Source: a virus
Direction: 5' to 3' (one strand)
Length of the DNA stretch: 58,128 nt
IMG/VR virus record: IMGVR_UViG_3300014488_000003
Span: 1-58,128 of that record
The notes beneath the pieces were generated by a model. The model saw only the letters and a program-made list of their open reading frames with translations. It was not told the DNA's origin and searched no databases. Below are positions 1-7,866 of the stretch, one piece after another. Numbering within the stretch: position 1 is the stretch's first letter; every line of letters starts with the position of its first letter. Position numbers and translations under genes: made by a program.

Positions 1-123
1 GCGTGAGTCCTGAGACGCTTTCTAAGATGGCGGCTAGGATTCGCAACCTCCTGACTCGCGCGGAGGACCCGCGCTTGGAGCACGAGGAGGAGCGCCAAGC
101 CTTCTTCAACAAGGCTGAGGAGC
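1..123. repeat. terminal direct repeat or circular-assembly overlap (identical to 58006-58128)
   Basis: Base-by-base comparison of the first 123 nt with the last 123 nt shows identity. Confidence 0.9.
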
Positions 124-1043
124 TGCGCCGTAAGTACAAGATCGCAGAAGAAGGGCTCATCGCTACCGACCAGTTCAGTGCGGATGTTGCGGTCACCAAG
201 ATCGTCATCAGCAGCTGGCACTCCCCTTTCTGGAACGATCACCTCTACATGTGGAACCACACCGCAGCCTTCGCTGGGGTTATGTCCAAGGCGGAATTCG
301 TCGGCTATGACATCGTGGCGACGGTGGTTGGTTATACCTCCGACATCCAGCACGCGGAGGGCCTTTATCAGGCCGCCTGGATGATGATGGCTGGTAAGCT
401 GGAGCCTAAGGTGGACCCGAAGCTCTCGGACGCGGATAACGTCTATGTACTCCGTGGCGCGGGGATCGAACGTAACCGAGTCGCGCAGATGCTGTGGGGA
501 GCTGACCTCGGGAAGGCCGGGCACTCCGCCCACGCGAAGGTAGGGAAGCTCTACGCGGAGGCGTGCCGCGCCCGGGGCGAAGACCCCATAGTGGCCGGTC
601 GCGGTGTGAACAAGAAGGTCTACCGCGAACTCTACGGAGAGGAGTTCGCTAGGAGCTTCGCTAACCGGCTTCGATTCGCGAGGGACGCTACCGACTCGAC
701 GGGTGGGACGTTGGTTCTTGCCGGACGCGAGCAGCGGGTGAAGGAAGCCTTTTGGAAAGAGTTTCCCGAGGAGCACCCCGACGCGAAGGCAGCCGCTGCA
801 GCAGAATTCGCCGCGCGGCTCGCGGAAGAGGCGAAGACCCCCGGGAAGAAGGTGGCGAAGCGCGAAGCCAGATGGACTAAGCGAGATCAGGACGCTTGGG
901 AGCGCCGAAACTTCTCGGCAGCGGCCGTGGCCGGTAGAGTGGCCGGAAAAGATGCAGCCGACCGGGTGGAGATAACCCGTACGTCGAAGAGGGCACAGCG
1001 GGTAGAGGCGGCGCAGTCAAACGGGATCGCGCTGGGGGATTGA
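3..1043 (+). CDS. DUF2786-like protein, 3' part (gene starts at 57966 across the junction)
   Basis: Long ORF. The N-terminal helix MAARIRNLLTRAEDP...EEERQAFFNKAEELRRKYKI resembles the DUF2786 motif. The reading frame continues from 57966. Confidence 0.8.
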   Translation: MSPETLSKMAARIRNLLTRAEDPRLEHEEERQAFFNKAEELRRKYKIAEEGLIATDQFSADVAVTKIVISSWHSPFWNDHLYMWNHTAAFAGVMSKAEFVGYDIVATVVGYTSDIQHAEGLYQAAWMMMAGKLEPKVDPKLSDADNVYVLRGAGIERNRVAQMLWGADLGKAGHSAHAKVGKLYAEACRARGEDPIVAGRGVNKKVYRELYGEEFARSFANRLRFARDATDSTGGTLVLAGREQRVKEAFWKEFPEEHPDAKAAAAAEFAARLAEEAKTPGKKVAKREARWTKRDQDAWERRNFSAAAVAGRVAGKDAADRVEITRTSKRAQRVEAAQSNGIALGD

Positions 1044-1104
1044 GAGCTAGGGGCTGGGGTGAGCGCAGACTTAGGGTCACGCTCGCTTGAGCCCCATCTC
1101 TCTT

Positions 1105-1171
1105 TCAAGATTTCTGCAGTTTCCTGTAGCCATCATTCTGCAGTTGGCGTAAACTGATCTTTGTAAGGGGA
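1105..1171 (+). repeat. promoter/leader module copy A (about 67 bp, roughly 75% identical to 1352-1417)
   Basis: tcaagatttctgcagtttcctgtagccatcattctgcagttggcgtaaactgatctttgtaagggga aligns with copy B. Confidence 0.7.
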
Positions 1172-1196
1172 AGGCCAAGACTGAAGGAGCGAGAAG

Positions 1197-1340
1197 ATGA
1201 AGACCAAGCCACAGATCCGCAAGGAGATCAAGCAGATCCGCGAGCGCGCCGAGCGTAGCCGCTCCCAGGCCGACCGAGTCGGTTACCGTCGCCGGATCGC
1301 CAACCTGCTGATTGAGCTTGAGAGCGCCCCTAACTTCTAG
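1197..1340 (+). CDS. hypothetical small basic helical protein (47 aa)
   Basis: ATG preceded by GAAGGAGCGAGAAG. Follows promoter module A. Too short for the ORF track. Confidence 0.55.
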   Translation: MKTKPQIRKEIKQIRERAERSRSQADRVGYRRRIANLLIELESAPNF

Positions 1341-1351
1341 ATTGTATTTAT

Positions 1352-1417
1352 TCAAGATTTTTGCAGTTTTCTGTAGCCATCTGCACTGCAGTCAGGTAAG
1401 ATGGATCTTGTAAGGGA
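1352..1417 (+). repeat. promoter/leader module copy B
   Basis: tcaagatttttgcagttttctgtagccatctgcactgcagtcaggtaagatggatcttgtaaggga aligns with copy A. Confidence 0.7.
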
Positions 1418-1443
1418 AAGCGGAGCGAGCGAAGGAGATCGAA

Positions 1444-1569
1444 ATGGGAATCATCACCGAGGCGAAGACGGGCCGCAAGTACCAGCTTTGGAAGGTCTGG
1501 AGCCCGGAGGGTAGCTTCCTTGAGGCCCGTACGCTCCGCCGTTACAACCTGGTGAAGAAGTACATCTAA
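1444..1569 (+). CDS. hypothetical small protein (41 aa)
   Basis: ATG preceded by GAAGGAGATCGAA. Follows promoter module B. Confidence 0.5.
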   Translation: MGIITEAKTGRKYQLWKVWSPEGSFLEARTLRRYNLVKKYI

Positions 1570-1601
1570 GACATCCCGACCGAGTGAGAGCGGTGAGGAA
1601 A

Positions 1602-2243
1602 ATGGCGAAGAAAATCTGCAACATCTGCAACATCCGTCCGGTGGACCCGAGCGCGGGCATCGAAGGTGCCTGCCACCCCTGCTACGACGAAGGCGGCTGG
1701 GAGAACGCGCACACCGACGGCGACCACGACGGGCTGCAGGCAATCCTGGAGACTCTGGACGAGACCGGGGCGGTGGCCCTGCGGAAGCTCGCCGGAAACC
1801 CCCACATCAAGGTCAAGAATGCCTCCAAGTTCAAGAGCGTTGAGCTTCGTCAGAAGATCCGCGAGGCGATCGAAGCGGAGAAGGACGGCTGCTGGATCTG
1901 CCACCCGGAGCTGAACGAGGCCCAGAAGACCAAGAAGACCCGCAAGGCCACTGATGGCGAGCGTCCGAGCCGTAAGGGACAGAAGATCAACGTCCCGCTC
2001 CGCGCGCCTGGCGAGGTCAAGGCCGCTGTGGTCATCAAGGCCGCTGGCGAGGATAAGGCCACGCTCCGAATCCTGGGTGGGATGGTGGCGGTGCTGGACG
2101 TCAACCTCGGGCACGCCACGCTGCACCTGGCCTGGGATGCTGACGGCCGGTACGACTACGCAGAGGCTTTCGTGAACGCGGATGGCAAGAAGAAGGCCGT
2201 GCGGAACGTGGCCGAGGCTCTTCGGATCATCGGAAGTAAGTAG
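1602..2243 (+). CDS. hypothetical zinc-ribbon protein
   Basis: ATG after the leader CGAGTGAGAGCGG plus GAGGAAA. CxxC pairs present (CNIC, CHPC, CWIC). Stem-loop downstream. Confidence 0.75.
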   Translation: MAKKICNICNIRPVDPSAGIEGACHPCYDEGGWENAHTDGDHDGLQAILETLDETGAVALRKLAGNPHIKVKNASKFKSVELRQKIREAIEAEKDGCWICHPELNEAQKTKKTRKATDGERPSRKGQKINVPLRAPGEVKAAVVIKAAGEDKATLRILGGMVAVLDVNLGHATLHLAWDADGRYDYAEAFVNADGKKKAVRNVAEALRIIGSK

Positions 2244-2251
2244 CCAAAAGA

Positions 2252-2271
2252 GGGAGGGCTTCGGCCCTCCC
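2252..2271 (+). terminator. stem-loop terminator (gggagggc-ttcg-gccctccc)
   Basis: 8-bp GC stem with a tetraloop just after the stop at 2243. Confidence 0.6.
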
Positions 2272-2283
2272 CCGGCTTTACTT

Positions 2284-2314
2284 CTGCAGTGCCGATAGGA
2301 TAGAGTTGCAGTAT
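2284..2314 (+). promoter_or_regulatory. promoter-like motif CTGCAGT-N5-TAGGAT plus AGAGTTGCAGTAT
   Basis: ataggatagagttgcagtat (2295-2314) is identical to 4944-4963. TAGGAT matches the actinobacterial -10 pattern TAnnnT. Confidence 0.5.
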
Positions 2315-2338
2315 CACCGAGTGAGAGCGGAGAAGAAA

Positions 2339-2578
2339 ATGAACCAGAAGCGTTCCGAAGGCCGGAAAGACTGCCGGACGAGCAATGGAGTCTTGATTGC
2401 CCGCGCCAAGGATCTTTGCGAGGATAGCGCCTGCACAGGTGAGGTCGAGAGCTGCTACGGCGGTCAGTGGACGATCCATCCGGCCCACGACTACACGATT
2501 CTCCTGCAGAATTACCTCGGAGGCGGGAAGCGGAAGATCCACTGCCCCGGGAAGACGTCGGAGACGGTGCTCCGCTGA
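2339..2578 (+). CDS. hypothetical Cys-rich protein (79 aa)
   Basis: ATG 9 nt after the leader CGAGTGAGAGCGG. Strong terminator downstream. Confidence 0.65.
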   Translation: MNQKRSEGRKDCRTSNGVLIARAKDLCEDSACTGEVESCYGGQWTIHPAHDYTILLQNYLGGGKRKIHCPGKTSETVLR

Positions 2579-2585
2579 GGCCGGA

Positions 2586-2620
2586 GGGCCGAGCCGGGTA
2601 GCGGGGACCCGGCTCGGCCC
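2586..2620 (+). terminator. stem-loop terminator (13-bp perfect stem)
   Basis: gggccgagccggg ... cccggctcggccc. Confidence 0.7.
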
Positions 2621-2662
2621 AGGCACCTCAGATAGGGGTAGCCGGGAAGGGAAGGGCTGGCA

Positions 2663-2812
2663 ATGGGAAAGTTTTGGGGATTCGTCCTCATCGCATTGAT
2701 ACTCGCGTTCATCTACTGGCTGCGGAATGACGGGGCCTGGCTCGCCGAGTTGATCTTCGACCAGAACACGGAGAACGTCCCCGTACCGGAGATTCCCATC
2801 CCCGGTAACTAA
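2663..2812 (+). CDS. small membrane protein (49 aa)
   Basis: ATG after GGGAAGGGAAGGG. Hydrophobic segment FWGFVLIALILAFIYWL. Confidence 0.5.
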   Translation: MGKFWGFVLIALILAFIYWLRNDGAWLAELIFDQNTENVPVPEIPIPGN

Positions 2813-2821
2813 CCAACGGGT

Positions 2822-2843
2822 GGGGAGGGCTCCGGCTCTCCCC
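2822..2843 (+). terminator. stem-loop (ggggagggc-tccg-gctctcccc)
   Basis: 9-bp stem with one mismatch, after the stop at 2812. Confidence 0.5.
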
Positions 2844-2867
2844 GCCTTCACAGTGAGAGGTGAGATC

Positions 2868-3827
2868 ATGACTACCACGGCCAGCAGGCAAGGGCTCCGC
2901 GCGGCAGCGACCGAGCGCCGGAACCGACACGCTCAGCGCACCCAGCTCCCACCCAAGGATGGGGCGGAGAAGATCGAACTGCCGGAGTACGCGGAGGAGT
3001 ACGGCCGGATGACCCAGCCACAGCTCCGCAAGGCGCTCAAGGAGAGGTTCGGTGTGCAGAGTGCTAACGACTGTCCGAAGGGCAAGCTCCTGGAGGTCTT
3101 GCTGAAGAAGGAGCGCGCCCAGCGTGCCGAGGCAGAGGAAGCTGCCGCTATCGCGAAGCAGCAGACGATGAAGCGACGGGGAGATGGATGGGGGCAGCCG
3201 CCAGCGGGCTCGAAGTCATGGGGGAAGGCTGAGGCGTGTATCTCTATCGCGCTGCAGCACGGCTGGGACGCCACTCCGGAGCTTCTGGAGGGAGACGTCT
3301 GTGAGCTGACGCTCCGGCGGGGCCACGAGACGCTGTGGATCTCCTGGACGGCTGGGGTGCTGACGACCGAGCCCATGCCCACGTATACCATCGCAGAGCG
3401 TACGATCCGACTGCGGAACGCGAGTGCGGTGAAGCAGTACGCGGAGCGGACCCCCGACGCTGGGACGCGAGAGCTGGAGAAGGTCTCCTCCAACAAGTTC
3501 TTCAAGCGTCGGCCGACCGAGCCGAAAGCGAGCAAGCTTCCCTTCGATCCCGAGACTGCCACCGAGGCGGAGATCATCGAAGCTCTGATGGGGAAAGCCG
3601 TGGCCTGGCACAACCGGCTCCGCGAGATTCCCGAGACCGCGCAGGTGGGGAAGAACCCCCGGAAGATCTACTTCACCGAGTTCGCTGGTGAGCGAATCTT
3701 CAACTTCATCTGCCCGGCTACCGGCCACCGCGCCTTCCGGCTCGCCGCGCTGACTCGGGTGAGCGGAAAGGCGAAGCCCATCACGAAGGGGGCTCGTTCG
3801 GCTACTGTGGAGCTGGAGGAGGCTTAA
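2868..3827 (+). CDS. hypothetical protein with SAP/Rho_N-like helix-extended-helix motif
   Basis: ATG after CAGTGAGAGGTGAG. The motif TQPQLRKALKERFGV...KGKLLEVLLKK resembles SAP-type DNA-binding motifs. Confidence 0.75.
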   Translation: MTTTASRQGLRAAATERRNRHAQRTQLPPKDGAEKIELPEYAEEYGRMTQPQLRKALKERFGVQSANDCPKGKLLEVLLKKERAQRAEAEEAAAIAKQQTMKRRGDGWGQPPAGSKSWGKAEACISIALQHGWDATPELLEGDVCELTLRRGHETLWISWTAGVLTTEPMPTYTIAERTIRLRNASAVKQYAERTPDAGTRELEKVSSNKFFKRRPTEPKASKLPFDPETATEAEIIEALMGKAVAWHNRLREIPETAQVGKNPRKIYFTEFAGERIFNFICPATGHRAFRLAALTRVSGKAKPITKGARSATVELEEA

Positions 3828-3830
3828 GCC

Positions 3831-4094
3831 ATGGAGGGGAGTCAAGAGATCTATCTACTTCGGGCTCCGCTGGAGGGATCGGAGGAGCCAGGCCACGCCA
3901 AATGGTGTCGCTGGCCGAGTGGACCTCCTTGCCGGGAGTTCTCCACAGACGGCACGCTGCTCGGAGCGGAGATAGCTCACGCAATGGGAACTACGAGTGA
4001 CGCACAGATAGCTCTTATGGGTAGGCAGGAGGCCCAATCGGCTTTCGTTTCTGACGTGGAGGAGGAGCAGGCTGACTGGGACAGCCTCGAATAG
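3831..4094 (+). CDS. hypothetical protein (87 aa)
   Basis: ATG 8 nt after GGAGGAGG. Terminator downstream. Confidence 0.55.
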   Translation: MEGSQEIYLLRAPLEGSEEPGHAKWCRWPSGPPCREFSTDGTLLGAEIAHAMGTTSDAQIALMGRQEAQSAFVSDVEEEQADWDSLE

Positions 4095-4106
4095 AGCACT
4101 CCAATA

Positions 4107-4155
4107 GCAAATGCACTGCCCGCTACCTGCTAAAAGGAGGCGGGCATTTGCTTTA
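4107..4155 (+). terminator. intrinsic terminator (bulged stem followed by a TTT tract)
   Basis: gcaaatgc(a)ctgcc ... ggcgggcatttgc, then tttat. Confidence 0.6.
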
Positions 4156-4302
4156 TGAATGGCTGTGGGAAAGCGCTTTCCGATTACAATTGAATTTGTG
4201 AAAAATCTTGCAGAATTCCCCCATTTTCTGTTTTGCAATTCCCATCTTGTAGGTTACGATTACTACATAAGGGAAGATGGGAACTCGGGAAGGGGTTCTG
4301 AA

Positions 4303-4890
4303 ATGAACAAGGTCAAGATGGTTAAGGGAATCACGAAGCTCTACTTCGCCGGAGCGCTCACCGGTAGCTTCATCCACATCGTGATTGCCGCCGAGAAGCT
4401 GGGTGGCTCGGGAGTCGAGGCGTACGCCACCCCGTTCATGATCGATGGAATCGCGATCATCGGAATGGTGATGCGGGGCGAGGAGTTCAGCACCCGGACT
4501 AACAAGATCGGCTTCCGGGTCCAGTGCGTGATGGGGGCGATGAGCCTGGCGATGAACGTCTACGCGGCCCACAGCCTCTTCGGGGTGCTCTTCGGGATCG
4601 CGATCGTGGGTCTGTTCGTCTTCGCCGAGTGGCTGAAGGACCAGATCGAGGGCCGCGAGGTGGACGAGGTAGCACAGGCACAGCAGGCGATCGCCTGGCA
4701 GGCCGCGTGCTCCCACCCGACGAAGTGCGGGACAGCTGAGCGCTGCGCGAGCAAGACTGCAGCCACCGCGAAGGCGAAGAAGACCAACGCCAAGAAGGCC
4801 CGGGTCCGGAAGGCTCAGGAGAAGGCCCTGGAGAGCCTGCTGGAGCAGCCGGTGGTGGAGCCCGGGGTGCGGGTGCTGAAGGCAGCCTAA
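4303..4890 (+). CDS. DUF2637-like membrane protein
   Basis: SFIHIVIAAEKLGG...ATPFMIDGIAIIGMV matches my memory of the DUF2637 pattern. Several TM segments. AT-rich promoter region 4160-4300 upstream. Confidence 0.7.
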   Translation: MNKVKMVKGITKLYFAGALTGSFIHIVIAAEKLGGSGVEAYATPFMIDGIAIIGMVMRGEEFSTRTNKIGFRVQCVMGAMSLAMNVYAAHSLFGVLFGIAIVGLFVFAEWLKDQIEGREVDEVAQAQQAIAWQAACSHPTKCGTAERCASKTAATAKAKKTNAKKARVRKAQEKALESLLEQPVVEPGVRVLKAA

Positions 4891-4893
4891 CCC

Positions 4894-4929
4894 AAAGAGG
4901 GGGAGGGGGTGAGAGCCCTCCCCCTCTTT
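4894..4929 (+). terminator. stem-loop terminator (14-bp perfect stem)
   Basis: aaagagggggaggg ... ccctccccctcttt. Confidence 0.75.
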
Positions 4930-4933
4930 CCAT

Positions 4934-4963
4934 ATGCAGATCCATAGGATAGAGTTGCAGTAT
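4934..4963 (+). promoter_or_regulatory. promoter-like motif ATGCAGA-N4-TAGGAT plus AGAGTTGCAGTAT
   Basis: Shares 20 identical nt with 2295-2314. Confidence 0.5.
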
Positions 4964-4990
4964 TGGTCGCCTAGTGAGAGAGGCAAGCAG

Positions 4991-5131
4991 ATGAACCCGA
5001 GCCCCAGCCCCCAGCCCCTTCCGGGAGCCGACACCATCGAGGGTGGAACGCTCCTGATCATAGCGATCGTGATTGCGGTCTGCGGAGTGATCCTCTACTG
5101 GTCGAACCGTCCGCTGGGCGGGAAGCAGTAA
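4991..5131 (+). CDS. small membrane protein (46 aa)
   Basis: ATG 8 nt after TAGTGAGAGAGG. TM segment LLIIAIVIAVCGVILYW. Confidence 0.55.
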   Translation: MNPSPSPQPLPGADTIEGGTLLIIAIVIAVCGVILYWSNRPLGGKQ

Positions 5132-5137
5132 GAAGTT

Positions 5138-5161
5138 GGCCCTCCGGTTCGCCGGAGGGTC
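5138..5161 (+). terminator. stem-loop (ccctccgg-ttcg-ccggaggg)
   Basis: 8-10 bp stem with a tetraloop after the stop at 5131. Confidence 0.6.
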
Positions 5162-5175
5162 ACCCCAAGGGAAGG

Positions 5176-7134
5176 GTGAGGGCCGTGATCCAGATCAGCC
5201 GGGTGGAGAACCGTATCCACTTGACGTCTCCGTATGACCCGTTGACGATCGCTCGCTGCAAGCGGGTGGCCGGGGCTAATTGGAGTAAGACCGCGTCGGC
5301 ATGGACGTTCCCGCTGACGATCGAGAGCTGCCTCCGGCTGCGCCAGGAGTTCGGAGGCGCGCTGAAAGTCCATGCCGGTCTCTCCGGGTGGTACCGGGAG
5401 GAAACTGGCCGGAGAAGCCAAATGAGCGCGCTCGCTGCGGGCCGGACCGCGAGCCCGGAACTGAAGGAATTGGGTAAGCGCTTTCCCGCTCTCCACGCGG
5501 CTGTGACGGCCGCGCGTCCCTATCAGGCATTCGGAGCCCAGTTCATTGTGGATGGCCGGAGCGTCCTGATTGCCGATGACCCTGGGCTGGGAAAGACCCT
5601 GGAAACCCTCGCGGGCGTGGTCGAGAGCGGCGTGCCGGGACCGTATCTGGTCGTGAGCCCGAAGACCGCTGCCACCACCGTCTGGCCCTATGAGATCCCG
5701 CGCTGGCTCCCTGGACACCAGGTGCTGCAGCTCCCTGAGGGGCGCGCCAAGCGCAACGCGCTCCTGAGCGGTCTGGCCGAGGTGGAGCGGCAGAACCGGG
5801 GTGGGGCACAGGGGTTCACCCTGGAGGAAACCTGGGTCAGCGTCCACCCCGAGGCGGTACTCACCAAGAGCTTCTGGGACTGCCCCGAGTGTGGCGAGCC
5901 GACCCCATACACGAGGAAGCCAACTAGCGTCCTAGGATGTGGCCACGATAAGCCAAAATCGATCAAGGTCCGGAATGAGCACACCTTCCCCCAGCTATTC
6001 GGCATCAAGTGGGGCGCGATCGTCGTTGACGAGAGTCACGAGAGCCTGGTTATGAAGTCGGGTACCCCGACCCAGCGTAGGCGTGGGATGGACCTGCTTC
6101 AACTTCGCGAGGGCGGGCTGCGCGTCGCGGTCTCTGGAACGCCGTGGAGAAGTAAGCCGCAACAGCTCTGGGGGACGCTCAACTGGCTTAACCCGAAGGT
6201 CTACTCCAGCAAGTGGCGCTGGATCGGCCAGTACTGGCGGCTGGGCGGGTATTCCGGTTATGAGGTTGGTGAGTTCATCCCCGAGCGCGAGCAGATGCTG
6301 TGGGACGAGCTTAGCTCCATCGTCCTTCGCCGGACCAAGGCCGAGGTGGCTGCCGACCTTCCGCCCAAGGCTTACGTGGGCACGCCGCTGGATCCGAGTG
6401 ACGAGACCTCGCCGGTGGGGATCTGGCTTCCCATGGATAGCAAGCAGAAGAAAGCTTACGAGCAGATGGCTCGGGAGAGCGCCGCAGCCATCGAGGGCGG
6501 TACGGTGAACGCCAATGGCGTCCTGGCTGAGCTCACGCGACTGGCTCAGTTCGCTTCCGCGTACGGCTCGGTGAGCACCGGTGACTTCATGCCGAACCCG
6601 CCCAGCAACAAGATGGATTGGGTCGAGCAGTTCCTGGAGGAGATGGGTTTCCCTGGCGAGCCGACCGGTAAGGTTGTGATTGTGTCGCGCTTTACTCGGT
6701 TGCTGAAAATGCTCTCTTTCGGGCTCACTGCCGCGCAGGGCGGGATGTCGTGCATGCTCACCGGAGATATCTCCGGAGCTAAGCGGAAGGCGATCATCGA
6801 CGCTTTCAACCAGCCGGTGGGGACAGACTCCCCGCACATCATGTTCCTTCAGGTAGAGGCCGGAGGAGTCGCGATCACGATTGACTCGGCCGACCACATG
6901 GTGTTGCTGGACGAGGCGGACCCGGATACCATGACCCAGGTGGAGGACCGGATTCACCGAGTGTCTAACCCCCGACCTGTGTTCTACTACTACCTTCGGT
7001 CACTCGGGACGGTGGACGTCGGCACGGCTGTGGTAAACGCTGAGCGCGCTGCTCGTGGTAGGCGACTGATGGACGAGCGTCGTGGAGTAGAGTACTTCCG
7101 CAGAGTTCTGGAGGCCGTGCATCCAAATGGGTGA
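5176..7134 (+). CDS. SNF2-family DNA helicase with inserted zinc ribbon
   Basis: Motif I LIADDPGLGKT, motif II VVDESH, C-terminal helicase motifs, and a CPECGEP...CGHD insertion. GTG 5185 is an alternative start. Confidence 0.9.
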   Translation: MRAVIQISRVENRIHLTSPYDPLTIARCKRVAGANWSKTASAWTFPLTIESCLRLRQEFGGALKVHAGLSGWYREETGRRSQMSALAAGRTASPELKELGKRFPALHAAVTAARPYQAFGAQFIVDGRSVLIADDPGLGKTLETLAGVVESGVPGPYLVVSPKTAATTVWPYEIPRWLPGHQVLQLPEGRAKRNALLSGLAEVERQNRGGAQGFTLEETWVSVHPEAVLTKSFWDCPECGEPTPYTRKPTSVLGCGHDKPKSIKVRNEHTFPQLFGIKWGAIVVDESHESLVMKSGTPTQRRRGMDLLQLREGGLRVAVSGTPWRSKPQQLWGTLNWLNPKVYSSKWRWIGQYWRLGGYSGYEVGEFIPEREQMLWDELSSIVLRRTKAEVAADLPPKAYVGTPLDPSDETSPVGIWLPMDSKQKKAYEQMARESAAAIEGGTVNANGVLAELTRLAQFASAYGSVSTGDFMPNPPSNKMDWVEQFLEEMGFPGEPTGKVVIVSRFTRLLKMLSFGLTAAQGGMSCMLTGDISGAKRKAIIDAFNQPVGTDSPHIMFLQVEAGGVAITIDSADHMVLLDEADPDTMTQVEDRIHRVSNPRPVFYYYLRSLGTVDVGTAVVNAERAARGRRLMDERRGVEYFRRVLEAVHPNG

Positions 7135-7369
7135 GTTCTTGCTAAGCCTCGGGGCTGTAGCTCTTTGCTCGTGTCTGGCCTTTCACCTGGGGGTCAGACG
7201 CGAGCGCGGGAGGCAGATGCGGTATGAGGAAGTTAACCGGGTGAGGAAGACTCCCAAGCAGGGAGTCAGGCTGAAAAGGACAAGAGTCAGGCGGTAAGCC
7301 TTCTTTCGCCAGTTTCAGTTTAGCAATACGATCAAGAGAAATCGTCAACAAAAAACGAGGAGAGCAGAA

Positions 7370-7831
7370 GTGCCCAAGAAGCCCCAGCCGGAGCCCGAGG
7401 CGACCGAGGAAGAGCGCGACTACACCGTCTACCTGGAGAAGGCTCCCACCGACCTCCAGAAGCGCTTCGCCGAGTGGCTGATGGATGAAGACATCGTCGG
7501 CTACGACCCCAGCAAGGCCAAGACCAAGCAGGAAGCCTTCGAAGAGGGCGTGCGGCTGGCGACGGCCATGCGGATGGTCTTCCAGGCCTCCCCGGAGAAC
7601 AGGGCCGCCAACGAGGAACGGAAGGCCGCGCGTGCCGATGAGTCCGAGGAGGAGCCCGCGAAGCCCGCTAAGAAGGCCGCTCCGGCGAAGAAGGCCGTAA
7701 AGAAGGCCGCTGCCCCGGCCGAAGAGGAAGAGCCCGAAGAGGAGGCTCCGGCACCCAAGAAGGCGGTGGCGAAGAAGGCTCCCGTGAAGAAGCGTCGTCC
7801 GGCCTCGGATGAGGATGAGGCTCCGTTCTAA
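7370..7831 (+). CDS. PAKKA-repeat (histone-like) protein with SSB-like acidic C-terminal tip
   Basis: GTG after GAGGAGAG. Contains PAKKAAPAKKAVKKAAAP repeats and ends in DEDEAPF. Confidence 0.8.
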   Translation: MPKKPQPEPEATEEERDYTVYLEKAPTDLQKRFAEWLMDEDIVGYDPSKAKTKQEAFEEGVRLATAMRMVFQASPENRAANEERKAARADESEEEPAKPAKKAAPAKKAVKKAAAPAEEEEPEEEAPAPKKAVAKKAPVKKRRPASDEDEAPF

Positions 7832-7866
7832 CCGGCGCACGACCCCCGCGAAGGTAAGAACGGAAT

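Noticed and set aside
4153-5061. Long minus-strand ORFs (for example 4153..5061, 5995..6957, 7142..8014, 25532..26182, 47223..48284, 52958..54013)
   Set aside because: They fully overlap well-supported + strand genes. Their translations are Arg/Pro/Gly/Ser-rich low-complexity strings with no motifs, and they lack RBS-like sequences. They are typical antisense shadow ORFs of GC-rich DNA.
7217-7297. 26-aa Arg/Lys-rich ORF (MRYEEVNRVRKTPKQGVRLKRTRVRR) in the 235-bp gap after the SNF2 gene
   Set aside because: The GGAGG is only 3 nt from the ATG. The ORF is very short with no supporting signal, so the gap 7135-7369 stays unexplained non-coding sequence.
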